DNA from: Spirochaetia bacterium
Lineage (GTDB): Bacteria > Spirochaetota > Spirochaetia > CADAEX01
DNA length: 64,000 nt
Assembly (NCBI GenBank): GCA_963662795.1
Contig: OY759746.1
Location: forward strand, 3,072,001 to 3,136,000
Reading direction: 5' to 3'
Positions 46,883 to 57,719 of this stretch are shown here, piece by piece. Each line of letters begins with the position of its first letter. Position 1 is the first letter of the stretch. The notes under the pieces are model-generated. The model saw only the letters and a program-made list of their open reading frames with translations. It searched no databases and was not told the DNA's origin. Made by a program: the position numbers and the translations under genes.

Positions 46883-49018
46883 ATGAAAAGTATTGTATCT
46901 TACAAATCTCTGCACCGCGGCGGATTTCTGGTTGAAACACCTGCCGGGAATATACAGTTCGGCGTTCCACCTGAGACAATCAAAGATACAATGCTCCTTC
47001 CGGGAGGAGTCCCTAAGGTTTTTATACTGATGGAGAAAATGTTTGACTGGAAAAAAGGGATAAGCTTCGCAGAAATTGAGTTTCCAATTTATTTTAATTT
47101 TTTCATAAAAAAGAAAAAAACAACAATAGTATGCAAGGAAAATCAGCTTGACCGCATAAAAAACATGTTTCAGGAAGCAGTTTTCGGTCCGCTTGAAATC
47201 AATCTTAAGCAGGATTATAACGATATCTGTCCGGTTTGTGCTGTTCCTGACATAAGAAAAGAGATGGACTACTTCAGAAATAATCTGCAGATATCAGATC
47301 TTATTGAAATAAAACTTTTCAGGGATGATTCTGCAACTATTGGTGATCTTGAGATCAGGATAAACAGGGACATGGAATTTGAGGTTTATTATGCTGAAAA
47401 AAACATAGCCAAAGTCCCGGGCGATTTTATATACAAACCTACCTATATACTTGGTGAAAGGCTGAAGGAGCCGTACAAACCGCCTCTTTTCAGCATAACA
47501 TGCCTTGGCCCCAGCCATGGTTTCGATCCTACAGAAAACACTTCGGGTTATGTTATATGGCTTAATCATCACGGTATTATGGTTGATCCTCCTGTAAACT
47601 CTACAGAATGGCTTGAGGATTCAAATGTCAATCCCAAACTTATTGACAGCATCATTCTTACTCACTGCCATGCAGACCATGATGCAGGAACTTTTCAGAA
47701 AATCCTGAAAGAAGGCCGGATTACCATCTATTCGACAAAAACTGTAATAATGAGTTTTATCCGAAAGTATGCGGCTCTTTCCAATGTCGAAGAAGCTCTC
47801 CTTCTGAAACTTTTTCAATTCAGTCAGATTAAAATCGGGAAACCTGTTTTCATACACGGCGGAAAGTTTGAAATGTTTTATACGCTTCATTCAATTCCTA
47901 CCCTGGGGTTTAAAATGGAATTCCAGGACCAGACTTTTGTCTATTCTTCTGACCATAACAATGACCCTGAACTACATAAAACCCTGTTGGAAAAGAAAAT
48001 AATAACAAAAGAAAGATACAATGAATTTACAAATTTCCCCTGGGATTCAAAAGTAATATATCATGAATCAGGAGTGCCTCCTCTTCATACTCCAATAGCG
48101 TATCTGAATTCTCTCCCCCAGGAGTTACAGAAAAAAACAGTAGTATATCATATCGCTAAAAAGGATTTTCCCGCAGAGACTTCTTTAGCCCTTGCAACGT
48201 TCGGCATGGAAAATACACTTAATTTCAAGACCAAAGCGCCTTATTACGAAAAATCCTATCAGGTTTTGAATATTTTAAAGCACCTTGATTTCTCGCAGGA
48301 TCTACCTCTTGGTAAAGCACAGGAATTTATAACCATAGTAGAGGAGGAGGATTTCCATAAAGGGGATTACATTGTCAGGAAGGGGACAACCGGGGACAAA
48401 TTCTATATTATCTATTCCGGTAATATTTCAGTTTCAGGAAGCGGCCTTCAAAAGAAAAAGATATACGGGACATACGAATATTTCGGCGAGGTTGCTCTCA
48501 TCAGCGGCAGTGAACGCACAGCGGACGTAATCGCAGAGACAGATGTAACTGCATATTCAATTACAAGAGACAGGTTTTTGAGTTTTATCGCAGGCACAGA
48601 ATTTGAAAAAACCCTTATCCGGCTTTCAAAAACACGCAGCAGTGAAACATGGAACCTGCTTTCCACCAGCAGCTTTTTCCAGAGCTGTTCCTCATATCAG
48701 AAAACATGGCTTGAATCCATATTTGTTGAAGTAATAAGAAAAGAAAAAGGTGTCATACAGAAGGAAGGGGAGGAAATCGAGCATATATATCTGATACAGG
48801 ATGGAAATATCGACGTGTCTGTAAAGGGTAAAAAAATAGCTGAACTCAAACACGGCGATTTTATAGGATCGCTTGAAAAAGCCTATGAAAATAAAAAATC
48901 TGAGAAGACATTTTCCAATAAAACGCCTGTAAAACTTTATTCAATAAAAAAGGAGGATATAATTAATTTTGCTGACAGGAATCCCGGTCTCATGATGAAA
49001 CTTGCATATGATTTTTAA
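46883..49018 (+). CDS. Metallo-beta-lactamase-fold hydrolase fused to two cyclic-nucleotide-binding domains (putative cyclic nucleotide phosphodiesterase)
   Basis: MBL motifs THCHADHD, HSIP, YSSDH and LHTP. cNMP domain 1: GDKFYIIYSG...FGEVAL...RTADV. A second, degenerate cNMP domain follows. Confidence 0.82.
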   Translation: MKSIVSYKSLHRGGFLVETPAGNIQFGVPPETIKDTMLLPGGVPKVFILMEKMFDWKKGISFAEIEFPIYFNFFIKKKKTTIVCKENQLDRIKNMFQEAVFGPLEINLKQDYNDICPVCAVPDIRKEMDYFRNNLQISDLIEIKLFRDDSATIGDLEIRINRDMEFEVYYAEKNIAKVPGDFIYKPTYILGERLKEPYKPPLFSITCLGPSHGFDPTENTSGYVIWLNHHGIMVDPPVNSTEWLEDSNVNPKLIDSIILTHCHADHDAGTFQKILKEGRITIYSTKTVIMSFIRKYAALSNVEEALLLKLFQFSQIKIGKPVFIHGGKFEMFYTLHSIPTLGFKMEFQDQTFVYSSDHNNDPELHKTLLEKKIITKERYNEFTNFPWDSKVIYHESGVPPLHTPIAYLNSLPQELQKKTVVYHIAKKDFPAETSLALATFGMENTLNFKTKAPYYEKSYQVLNILKHLDFSQDLPLGKAQEFITIVEEEDFHKGDYIVRKGTTGDKFYIIYSGNISVSGSGLQKKKIYGTYEYFGEVALISGSERTADVIAETDVTAYSITRDRFLSFIAGTEFEKTLIRLSKTRSSETWNLLSTSSFFQSCSSYQKTWLESIFVEVIRKEKGVIQKEGEEIEHIYLIQDGNIDVSVKGKKIAELKHGDFIGSLEKAYENKKSEKTFSNKTPVKLYSIKKEDIINFADRNPGLMMKLAYDF

Positions 49019-49027
49019 TAATTTAAG

Positions 49028-49056
49028 TTGCCAATTATACTAAAGCAAATTATCAT
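49028..49056 (+). promoter_or_regulatory. Sigma-70 promoter of the acyl-CoA synthetase gene, probably leaderless
   Basis: TTGCCA (49028-33), 17-bp spacer, TATCAT (49051-56), 5 nt before ATG 49062. No SD. Confidence 0.65.
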
Positions 49057-49061
49057 ACTGA

Positions 49062-51008
49062 ATGATCAGAAATATTCTTGAAATACCATTTGTTACTTCA
49101 GGACAGTATCCTGAGAGAATTTCCCACAAAACAAAAAATACTGATGCAGTTGAGTTAAAAACCTACCGGGAATTTACGCTGCTGATACGCGAGCTGGCGG
49201 CCGGATTCAAGGCTTGCGGAATCGGCAAGGATAATCATGTGGGATTTTTTGTGAATAACCGCTTTGAGTGGATTGCAACTGATTTTGCCCTCATGGCCCT
49301 GGGAGCGGTTTCTGTTCCCCGCGGTTCAGATACAATACCAAAAGAGCTTAAATTTATATATGAACATTCTGATTCTGTATTTCTTGTTGTTGAAAAAATC
49401 AAACAGCTTGAAGAACTTGAAGATTATTTTACCGAAGAAAACTGGAACAGCTGCTTAAGGATATTTATAGTTGAAACCGGGTCTCTCGACACAGTCAGCA
49501 GTAAATATCATGAAAAAATTGTTTTTTACTCTGATCTGATTACTTTGGGTAAACAGGAACTGAAAAAAGAGCCGGACCTCATCGAAAAAAAGATAAATGA
49601 AATTGGACTGGATGATCTTTTTACAATCGTTTACACATCAGGCACAACCGGAAACCCTAAAGGGGTAATGCTTACCCAGCGCAATTTTTACCAGAATGTT
49701 GTTGCCAATACGCCAAGGCTTCAAATAGACCCGTCTAAGGGAGAAGTTACTGTTGTCATGCTGCCTTCCTGGCATGTTTACGAGAGGGCTTTCGAATATT
49801 GCGGGATATTATCCGGACTTACCTTTGTTTATTCAGGCGCAAAACGTTTTGCGGCAGATCTCCTTGAAGAGAAACCGCATATAATAATTTCTGTTCCCAG
49901 GGTATGGGAATCAATATATCAGAAACTGATAAAAGCGCTGAGCGTAATGCCCTTTTTTAAAAGACATCTGGTTTTTTCATTTATAAAAATCAATCAGATA
50001 TTTCTTTCTTCATATTTCTATCTGAAGGGCGGTTATATTTCGCTTAAAAAAAGATCCTTTTTAAGAAAGTTCTTCGCATACCTTTACAACCTGATACGCT
50101 TTATAATCACATTTCCCGGTCATATACTTGCGGGTAAATTGTTCAAACCTTTCAGGGAAAAGGTAGGCGGGGCATTGAGGGGCGCAACCTGCGGTGCAGG
50201 ATCTTTGCCGAAATACCTTGATGAACTTTTTAATTCGATCGGTATTACTCTTATAAATGCATATGGAATGACAGAGTGCGCGCCCGGTATCCTCTCCAGA
50301 ACCTTCGGGCTTAATACATTCGGATCTACAGGTTATCCATTTGATAATACTGAGGTACAGGTAAGGAGAAAGGACGGGACAATAGCTGAAACCGGGGAAA
50401 AAGGGATACTGTTTGCCAAAGGACCTCAGGTTATGAAGGGATATTATAAAAATCCTTCTGCAACAGAAGCAGTACTTGATGAAAAAGGCTGGCTTAATAC
50501 CGGTGATTTATCAATTAAAACAGAGAACGGGGAATTCCTTATTGTCGGAAGGGATAAAGATACAATTGTACTTATGGGCGGAGAAAATGTTGAACCTGAA
50601 CCGATTGAAGATAAAATAAAGGAAAGCATTTATATTGATCATGCAGTAGTACTGGGTCAGGACAGCAAGCAGCTTACGGCAATTGTCGCGGTAAATGAAC
50701 AAGAGCTTATGAGACTGGCATCAGAATTAAAGATATCTGCCAGTATTTTAAAAACCGAGGGTAAATTTTCAATCGAAAACGATGTTGTTTATGAGATTCT
50801 GATGAAAGAGGTCAACAACCTTATCTCAAAGGAGCAGGGTTTTAAGCCGTTTGAATTTATTTCAAAAATCCTTCCGGTTCACAATGATTTCAGTATTGGA
50901 AAGGAACTGACTCAGACCCTTAAAGTTAAAAGAGCATATATCGAGGAAAAATATAAAGATCTTATAGCATTCCTTACTTCAGGCGGGGATAAAAAGAAAA
51001 AAGAATAA
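49062..51008 (+). CDS. Long-chain fatty acid-CoA ligase (AMP-forming)
   Basis: Motifs YTSGTTGNPKG, AYGMTE, GPQVMKGYY, GWLNTGD and GRDKD...GENVEPEPIE. Confidence 0.9.
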   Translation: MIRNILEIPFVTSGQYPERISHKTKNTDAVELKTYREFTLLIRELAAGFKACGIGKDNHVGFFVNNRFEWIATDFALMALGAVSVPRGSDTIPKELKFIYEHSDSVFLVVEKIKQLEELEDYFTEENWNSCLRIFIVETGSLDTVSSKYHEKIVFYSDLITLGKQELKKEPDLIEKKINEIGLDDLFTIVYTSGTTGNPKGVMLTQRNFYQNVVANTPRLQIDPSKGEVTVVMLPSWHVYERAFEYCGILSGLTFVYSGAKRFAADLLEEKPHIIISVPRVWESIYQKLIKALSVMPFFKRHLVFSFIKINQIFLSSYFYLKGGYISLKKRSFLRKFFAYLYNLIRFIITFPGHILAGKLFKPFREKVGGALRGATCGAGSLPKYLDELFNSIGITLINAYGMTECAPGILSRTFGLNTFGSTGYPFDNTEVQVRRKDGTIAETGEKGILFAKGPQVMKGYYKNPSATEAVLDEKGWLNTGDLSIKTENGEFLIVGRDKDTIVLMGGENVEPEPIEDKIKESIYIDHAVVLGQDSKQLTAIVAVNEQELMRLASELKISASILKTEGKFSIENDVVYEILMKEVNNLISKEQGFKPFEFISKILPVHNDFSIGKELTQTLKVKRAYIEEKYKDLIAFLTSGGDKKKKE

Positions 51009-51014
51009 CATAAT

Positions 51015-51063
51015 TACCCGGGAAATTTATCCAGGGTCTTCCAGAACATCCTGTTCCCGGGTA
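51015..51063. repeat. 10-bp perfect inverted repeat TACCCGGGAA / TTCCCGGGTA
   Basis: Arms at 51015-51024 and 51054-51063, in the gap between the acyl-CoA ligase and ABC-F genes. Confidence 0.7.
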
Positions 51064-51075
51064 TTATCAACTGCC

Positions 51076-52980
51076 ATGAATCTGATATCAGTAGACAAAC
51101 TTTCATACACAATGCACGACAATCCTCTTTTCAGTAATATCACGCTCGGAATCGATGAGAAAGAGAGGATCGGGTTTATCGGTAAAAACGGATGCGGGAA
51201 AACGACATTCCTGCATCTTTTAAAAGGCGATCTTCAGCCGGATCAGGGAACTGTTTCCCGTAACAGCAATGCAAGGATTGAATTTTTAAGTCAGCATCCT
51301 TCATTCCGTCCCGGTTGTACACTTAAGGAATATCTGTATGAGCAGGGGGGATATCTTCCCTCGCTTTTGCTTGAATACAGGAAATGCTTTGAAGAATATT
51401 CCCATAATCATGAAAATAAAAAAAAGCTTGAAATGCTTACTGCAAAAGTTGATGCATTAAGCGGCTGGGACCTTGAAAAAGATTATATCTCAATTTTAAA
51501 TGAAATCGGTCTTAAAGACTCTTTTCTTGTTATGGATAACCTCTCAGGCGGAATGATAAAGAAAGCTGCCATTGCAAGAGTTCTTTCAATAAAACCTGAT
51601 TTTCTTATACTTGATGAGCCGACAAATCACCTTGACATAAAAACAATAGAATGGCTTGAAAAATACTTATCCTCATCAAAACTTGCATTTATTATAGTAA
51701 CCCATGACAGGTATTTTCTGGATTCTGTATGCAGCGCAATTCTTGAGCTTGAAAACGGAAGTTTTTATAAATACCAGGGAAACTATTCATATTTTCTTGA
51801 AAAAAGGGAAGAGAGGATTGCTGCACAGCGCAATGAACAGAACAGGATTGAATCAATCCTGAAAAGAGAGCTGGAATGGCTTAAGAGGGGCGCGAAAGCA
51901 AGGACAACAAAGGACAGGGGCCGGCAGCAGAGGATTGTGGATCTGATGGAGAAGCAAACTGATGAAATGCCTGAAAATGCTGATTTTACCTCATCAAACA
52001 GAAGGGCAGGCAAGAAGATACTTGAAGTCAGGAATATTTCAAAATCCTATGAGGGCAAAAAAGTGATAAACCCTTTTTCATACAGCTTTAAAAGCGGGGA
52101 AAGGATTGGGCTCATCGGTCCGAACGGGAGCGGGAAGACAACCTTTCTGGACCTCCTTACATCATCAGTCAGTCCCGACAGCGGCAGCCTTGATCCCGGC
52201 ATAAATACTAAATTCGGGTATTATGACCAGATGAGCAGGCCGCTCAACACAGACACATCAGTTCTTGAGTTTATTCAGAAAGAATCTGAGACAGTTGCAA
52301 TGGCAGACGGATCAGTAGTCTCTGCCGCGAAATTTCTTGAAATGTTCGGTTTTCCGTCATCATACCACAGGATGGAACTTAGCCGTCTTTCCGGCGGGGA
52401 AAAAAGGCGTCTTTATCTGCTGCGGATACTTTCCGGAAACCCTAATTTCCTTATTCTCGATGAACCTACCAATGATCTGGACCTCCAGACCCTCAGAAAG
52501 CTTGAGGAATACATAATAGCGTTTAAAGGGTGCGTCATGATTGTCTCCCATGACAGGGCTTTTCTGGACAGAACGACAGATTATCTTTTTCTCTTTGACG
52601 GAACCGGCGGCATTAAGGGATATACGGGTAATTACAGCGCTTATCATGAAAATGAGGAAGAAGAGAAAAAAAAGGATTCCCGGGCTGCGCGGGTTTCAAA
52701 TTCCCTGCAATCCCGCGGGAAACCGGGGAGCGGAAATAACCGGGGAACAGAAATCCCTCAGCAGAAAAAAAAGCTTACATTTAATGAAAAAAGGGAATAT
52801 GACGCAATTATGCCTGAGCTTGAGAAACTTGAAGAAGAAAAGAGCAGCCTTGAAAAATCATTTACCGATGCAGAACTTTCTCCTTTTGAACTTGCGGAAA
52901 ACCACGACAGGTATAAAAAAGTACTTGATGAAATAGAATCAAAAACAAACCGGTGGGAGGCGCTTTCCGAGTATGTCTGA
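51076..52980 (+). CDS. ABC-F family ATPase (Uup-like)
   Basis: Two NBDs ([22 protein letters not shown] and [26 protein letters not shown]), no TM segments, linker [16 protein letters not shown]-terminal coiled coil ending RWEAL. Confidence 0.92.
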   Translation: MNLISVDKLSYTMHDNPLFSNITLGIDEKERIGFIGKNGCGKTTFLHLLKGDLQPDQGTVSRNSNARIEFLSQHPSFRPGCTLKEYLYEQGGYLPSLLLEYRKCFEEYSHNHENKKKLEMLTAKVDALSGWDLEKDYISILNEIGLKDSFLVMDNLSGGMIKKAAIARVLSIKPDFLILDEPTNHLDIKTIEWLEKYLSSSKLAFIIVTHDRYFLDSVCSAILELENGSFYKYQGNYSYFLEKREERIAAQRNEQNRIESILKRELEWLKRGAKARTTKDRGRQQRIVDLMEKQTDEMPENADFTSSNRRAGKKILEVRNISKSYEGKKVINPFSYSFKSGERIGLIGPNGSGKTTFLDLLTSSVSPDSGSLDPGINTKFGYYDQMSRPLNTDTSVLEFIQKESETVAMADGSVVSAAKFLEMFGFPSSYHRMELSRLSGGEKRRLYLLRILSGNPNFLILDEPTNDLDLQTLRKLEEYIIAFKGCVMIVSHDRAFLDRTTDYLFLFDGTGGIKGYTGNYSAYHENEEEEKKKDSRAARVSNSLQSRGKPGSGNNRGTEIPQQKKKLTFNEKREYDAIMPELEKLEEEKSSLEKSFTDAELSPFELAENHDRYKKVLDEIESKTNRWEALSEYV

Positions 52981-54547
52981 AAATGCGGAAGATATTAAAG
53001 GTGAAATCCCGATTGAAGAAGTAAGGCGCTGCATAAAAATACTTGAAAATCTTGCAGCGGATTCCAGCTGGATTCACAGCCTTACTGATGAAGAGAGAAT
53101 AGCTTTTATGTCTGCTGCTGGTAAGATATCAAGGCCGGACAGGGAAGAGATAAAAAAAAGAAACAGGGAAAAGGAAAAAATTGAAAGAAGCAGGGTAGTG
53201 TTAAAGGAAAAAAAAGCACGGGGCCTCACCGGAATACGGAGCGCGAGAAAGGAGGCGGTATTTAAAGCGCCGCTTCAGATTGCAGGAATAAGCAATGGGA
53301 TAAATGAGGAAGAGCGGGTTTTAAACTCGCCGCGGAATTGCTATATCTGCAAGGCTGAGTTTACAAAACTTCATTTTTTCTATGATACGCTATGCCCTCA
53401 TTGTGCGGAATTCAATTACAGCAAGCGCTTCCAGAGTGCGCCGCTTGATGGTAAAGTAGTTCTCATAACAGGCGCACGGGTCAAGATCGGGTATCAGGCT
53501 GTCCTGATGATGCTCCGCGCGGGCGCGCTTGTAATAGCCGCGACAAGATTTCCGGTTGATGCCGCGCTGCGTTATTCAAAAGAGAATGATTTTTTAAAGT
53601 GGAAAGATCGTCTTCATATCTACGGGCTTGACCTTCGTCATACACCGAGCGTTGAAATATTTGCCGGTTTTATCGAACAGAACTATGAGAGGCTTGATAT
53701 ACTTATAAATAACGCGGCGCAGACAGTAAGGCGCCCGCCCGGATTTTACGCGCACCTGCTTGAGAACGAGGAAAAAGGGATTGACGCACTTCCTTCCGGG
53801 GCGGAAGGGCTCCTTGCCGGCTACAGAAAATGCATGGATATATTAAATACGCAAAGCCGCCTCAATTCACCGCCGGGGGATTTATCCCCTTCAGTTATTC
53901 CATCTGCAGCTTCCTGGAACAGCAGAATGCCGGGGATAGGAATCCGTTCTTCAGCAAAACTTTCGCAGATTCCCTATTCGCATGATGAGGAACATTCGGT
54001 TGAAAAGGTTTTTCCGCATGGTGAGCTTGACGCGGATCTTCAGCAGAGAGACCTCCGTACTGTAAACAGCTGGAGGCTCCCTCTCGGTAAAATACACACA
54101 TCAGAGATGATTGAAGTCCAGCTTGTAAACGCGATTGCCCCGTTCGTACTCTGCAACCGGCTGGCCCCTTTCATGAAAAAGGATTATACAGGGCAGAAGC
54201 ATATTGTAAATGTCTCGGCGATGGAGGGTAAATTCCTGAGGTTTAAAAAGGATGAAAGGCATCCCCACACCAACATGGCAAAGGCGGCGCTAAACATGCT
54301 TACTCACACATCAGCCGGCGAACTTGCAAGGCACGGCATCTATATGAACGCGGTTGATACAGGCTGGGTAACTGATGAAGACCCTGCGGCACTTGCCGCT
54401 CTCAAGCAGGAACTGCATGATTTTCAGCCTCCTCTTGATATTGTAGACGGCGCGGCAAGGGTGTGTGATCCTTTCTTTGACGGAATCCTTACCGGAAAAC
54501 ACTGGTGCGGACAGTTTTTAAAGGATTATTTCCCGATAGACTGGTAA
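52973..54547 (+). CDS. Atypical SDR-family oxidoreductase with an N-terminal Cys4 Zn ribbon
   Basis: Zn ribbon CYIC...CPHC; Rossmann ITGARVKIG; LINNAA; VNVSAMEG; [10 protein letters not shown]. Overlaps the ABC-F gene by 8 bp. Confidence 0.82.
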   Translation: MSENAEDIKGEIPIEEVRRCIKILENLAADSSWIHSLTDEERIAFMSAAGKISRPDREEIKKRNREKEKIERSRVVLKEKKARGLTGIRSARKEAVFKAPLQIAGISNGINEEERVLNSPRNCYICKAEFTKLHFFYDTLCPHCAEFNYSKRFQSAPLDGKVVLITGARVKIGYQAVLMMLRAGALVIAATRFPVDAALRYSKENDFLKWKDRLHIYGLDLRHTPSVEIFAGFIEQNYERLDILINNAAQTVRRPPGFYAHLLENEEKGIDALPSGAEGLLAGYRKCMDILNTQSRLNSPPGDLSPSVIPSAASWNSRMPGIGIRSSAKLSQIPYSHDEEHSVEKVFPHGELDADLQQRDLRTVNSWRLPLGKIHTSEMIEVQLVNAIAPFVLCNRLAPFMKKDYTGQKHIVNVSAMEGKFLRFKKDERHPHTNMAKAALNMLTHTSAGELARHGIYMNAVDTGWVTDEDPAALAALKQELHDFQPPLDIVDGAARVCDPFFDGILTGKHWCGQFLKDYFPIDW

Positions 54548-54599
54548 TGTGCCAGCTTAACTGTGCTCATCCCCTGCCTCTGTTGAAACTCAAAGTATC

Positions 54600-55214
54600 T
54601 CAGGCCAGCCAGGGCATCTCAGCTTTTATCCTTTTTTCGTAACCTGTAATATCTTTTTCAAACTGCAGTGTCCATCCTATCTGATCAAGGCCGTTCAAAA
54701 GACAATACTTGCTGAAATCCCTTATGTCAAAACTGTATTTTTTCCCTGATGGAGTTGATAAAGTCTGTCTCTCAAGATCTGCGGTAAACCTGATACCGGG
54801 AGACTCTACTGCTTCAGAGAAAAGCTCATCAACTTCTTCTGTTTTTAATCTGATAAGGAGTATCCCGTTTTTGATGCAGTTGTTGTAAAAAATATCCGCG
54901 AAAGAGGGGGCAGCAATTACACGGAATCCATAGTCTTCAAGAGCCCACGGAGCGTGCTCCCTGCTTGAGCCGCATCCGAAATTATCGCGTGCAAGGAGTA
55001 TGGATGCATTCCGGTACTCCTGTTTGTTAAGCACAAAATCAGGGTTCTCTTTTGTCCCGTCATAATCCGTAAACCGCCATTCGTGAAAAAGATGTTTGCC
55101 GAAACCGGTCCTTTCAATTTTTCTCAGAAACTGTTTCGGGATAATGGCATCTGTATCGACATTTACACGGTCAAGAGGAGCCGCGATTCCTGTATGATTT
55201 ATAAATGGTTTCAT
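54600..55214 (-). CDS. leuD: 3-isopropylmalate dehydratase small subunit
   Basis: Motifs [28 protein letters not shown] and SFADIFYNN. Confidence 0.97.
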   Translation of the reverse strand: MKPFINHTGIAAPLDRVNVDTDAIIPKQFLRKIERTGFGKHLFHEWRFTDYDGTKENPDFVLNKQEYRNASILLARDNFGCGSSREHAPWALEDYGFRVIAAPSFADIFYNNCIKNGILLIRLKTEEVDELFSEAVESPGIRFTADLERQTLSTPSGKKYSFDIRDFSKYCLLNGLDQIGWTLQFEKDITGYEKRIKAEMPWLA

Positions 55215-56623
55215 TTCGATTTCCTTTTAAATTCCCTGACATCGGTAAGTTTTCCGGTAAGCGCGGCAGCAGCAGCCATTTCGGGACTCATCAGATGAGT
55301 GCGGCCTCCAGGGCCCTGCCTCCCCTCAAAGTTGCGGTTGCTTGATGACGCGCACCTCTCTCCCTTTTTAAGCTGGTCATCATTCATCCCGAGGCACATT
55401 GAACAGCCCGCATACCTCCAGTCAAGACCGGCAGCCCTGAAAACCTTATCCAGCCCTTCCTCTTCCGCCTGATGCCGGATCGGCTCTGAAGCCGGGACAA
55501 CTATTGCCTCTACATCCGGATGGACTTTTTTCCCTTCTACAATTGCGGCCGCCGCGCGGAGGTCCTCGATCCGGCCGTTTGTGCAGGACCCGATAAAAAC
55601 CTTGTCAACTTTTATATCGCACATCCTTGTCCCCGGTTTTAAATCCATATAGGTAAGGGCGTTTTTAGCCGCAGTCTGCTGTGCGTGGGATGAAAAACTC
55701 ATCGGGTCAGGAACCGACCCGTCAATTGATGTAACCTGTCCAGGGCTTGTTCCCCATGTAACCTGCGGTTTAATATCAGCCGCATTAATATTTACAACCC
55801 TGTCAAAATGTGCCCCCTGATCGCCCGGAAGGGTTTTCCAGTATTTTACCGCCTTTTCCCAGTCCTCTCCTTTCGGGGCAAATCTGCGCCCTTTCATGTA
55901 TTTAAAGGTTGTCCCGTCAGGGGCAATCATTCCGGCCCGGGCACCTGCTTCGATACTCATATTGCATATAGTCATTCTCCCTTCCATGGAGAGGGACCTT
56001 ATTGTGGTTCCAGCGTATTCAATAACATAACCCGTGCCCCCTGCTGTGCCGATAAGGCCTATAATAAAAAGTATTATATCTTTGGGTGTAACTCCGAATC
56101 CGCATTCTCCATCAACGCTGATCAGCATTGACTTTGCCTTTGTCTGCTGAAGTGTCTGGGTCGCGAGGACATGCTCAACCTCTGAGGTCCCGATTCCGAA
56201 TGCGAGGGCCCCGAATGCGCCGTGGGTTGCGGTATGGGAATCCCCGCAGACAATAACCATTCCCGGCTGCGTAAGCCCGAGCTCAGGGCCGATAGCGTGT
56301 ACTATACCCTGGTTCTGATGTGACCAGTCATAAAGGGTAATGCCGAACTCGCTGCAGTTGTCTGTGAGTTTCTGCATCTGTATCCGCGATGTTTCTTCCA
56401 TCAGGGAGAAGTCTTTTGTTCTTGTCGAAACATTGTGGTCCATTGTAGCAAAAGTTTTCTCAGGGGCCCGTACTTTCCTTCCGTTTAACCGGATACCGTC
56501 AAAGGCCTGGGGACTTGTTACCTCGTGGACCAGGTGGCGGTCTACATATATAATTGAAGTCTCGCTCTCGCTTTCATGCACAAGATGCGATTCCCATATC
56601 CTGTCATACATGGTTTTTAACAT
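55211..56623 (-). CDS. leuC: 3-isopropylmalate dehydratase large subunit
   Basis: Motifs [38 protein letters not shown] and NRNFEGRQG. Confidence 0.98.
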   Translation of the reverse strand: MLKTMYDRIWESHLVHESESETSIIYVDRHLVHEVTSPQAFDGIRLNGRKVRAPEKTFATMDHNVSTRTKDFSLMEETSRIQMQKLTDNCSEFGITLYDWSHQNQGIVHAIGPELGLTQPGMVIVCGDSHTATHGAFGALAFGIGTSEVEHVLATQTLQQTKAKSMLISVDGECGFGVTPKDIILFIIGLIGTAGGTGYVIEYAGTTIRSLSMEGRMTICNMSIEAGARAGMIAPDGTTFKYMKGRRFAPKGEDWEKAVKYWKTLPGDQGAHFDRVVNINAADIKPQVTWGTSPGQVTSIDGSVPDPMSFSSHAQQTAAKNALTYMDLKPGTRMCDIKVDKVFIGSCTNGRIEDLRAAAAIVEGKKVHPDVEAIVVPASEPIRHQAEEEGLDKVFRAAGLDWRYAGCSMCLGMNDDQLKKGERCASSSNRNFEGRQGPGGRTHLMSPEMAAAAALTGKLTDVREFKRKSK

Positions 56624-56690
56624 ATTATACTCCTTGAAATGCAGTATAAATTATACCGATACTTCAGAGATTTTTCCTGAATAATTTTAA

Positions 56691-57620
56691 TTATTTTTCT
56701 GCTTTTTTTAATGCGGCTATCAGGCCGCCCCCGATTATCAGTATTCCTCCTATAATATGGGGTATCCCTGTTTTTTCTCCAAGAAACAGGAATCCCAAAA
56801 GCGCCCCGTATAGGGGAATGGTGTTATAGTAAACCATGGCGCCGCCTGCGCCTAAAAGCCCTACGCCTACATTCCAGCTGAAAAACCCGAGCGCGGCCGG
56901 AACAATTCCTATATAAAGGACAATAAGCGCAAGTTTCATGCCTGGAATAACAGGAACTGATTTAAGTTCCACAAACGCAGCCGCGATAAGGAAGGGAAGC
57001 CCCAGAAAAATGCTGAGCGCGGTAGCGGAAAGGGGAGATCGTTTTTTCATCGTCTTTCTTCCCGCAACTGAATAGAGGGACCAGATTGCAACAGCAAGGA
57101 TAATCAGCAAGTCCCCGGGGTTAAATACGGCATTTCTGAAAAATTTCAGCGAAGCCCCGGAAATAAGAACTGCTACTCCTGTAAAGGCGAAAACCGATCC
57201 CGCAAGCTGCCGTCCTGTCAAGGGTTCCCTGATAAGCAATGAGGCGAAAATTGCTGTGAGTATCGGGCCAAGTCCGTTTATCAGGGTGCTGTTGACAGCT
57301 GTTGTAAACCTTAATCCAGTATATAAAACCGGCGCAAAGAGGATAACACCGGTTAAGGCCATGGCAGCAAGAAGAGGGAAGTCTTTTCCGAAGCTTTTCT
57401 CTTCTTTCGGGAGCTTTCGTAAAACAAATGCGAAAATTACCGCCGCAATGATATTTCTTGCAGCTGTAAGTGTCAGCGGCCCGATTGATTCCCTGATATA
57501 GCGACCCAGTATCATGTTTGTTGTCCATGCGAATGTGGCTATGTTTACAAACAGGATCCCTTTGACAGTATCGCTTTTAATTTTCAGTTTTGCAGTTAAT
57601 GTTTTCCTGTACTTCAACAA
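56691..57620 (-). CDS. EamA/DMT family transporter
   Basis: About 10 TM segments in two EamA repeats (GPLTLTAAR, LIREPL, FLGEK). Likely TTG start at 57620 after a GGGAGAGG SD; the ORF-track start at 57743 runs through the promoter. Confidence 0.88.
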   Translation of the reverse strand: MLKYRKTLTAKLKIKSDTVKGILFVNIATFAWTTNMILGRYIRESIGPLTLTAARNIIAAVIFAFVLRKLPKEEKSFGKDFPLLAAMALTGVILFAPVLYTGLRFTTAVNSTLINGLGPILTAIFASLLIREPLTGRQLAGSVFAFTGVAVLISGASLKFFRNAVFNPGDLLIILAVAIWSLYSVAGRKTMKKRSPLSATALSIFLGLPFLIAAAFVELKSVPVIPGMKLALIVLYIGIVPAALGFFSWNVGVGLLGAGGAMVYYNTIPLYGALLGFLFLGEKTGIPHIIGGILIIGGGLIAALKKAEK

Positions 57621-57635
57621 TATGCCTCTCCCGAT

Positions 57636-57664
57636 ACGATAACTGTTCAGATTCCTGCTGTCAA
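57636..57664 (-). promoter_or_regulatory. Sigma-70 promoter of the EamA gene
   Basis: On the minus strand: TTGACA (57664-59), 17-bp spacer, TATCGT (57641-36). Confidence 0.6.
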
Positions 57665-57719
57665 CAGTTTTACAGTCTTGACATTTGCCTCCGCCTGCAG
57701 GGTCCGAATAATAAAAAGT

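Noticed and set aside
46883-49018. MBL/cNMP protein as a Pycsar/CBASS effector or anti-defence gene
   Set aside because: There is no adjacent cyclase or defence gene, it has its own housekeeping-type promoter, and its neighbours are metabolic.
56624-56690. Leucine attenuator or T-box before leuC
   Set aside because: The gap is only 67 bp, with no Leu-rich leader peptide, terminator or T-box.
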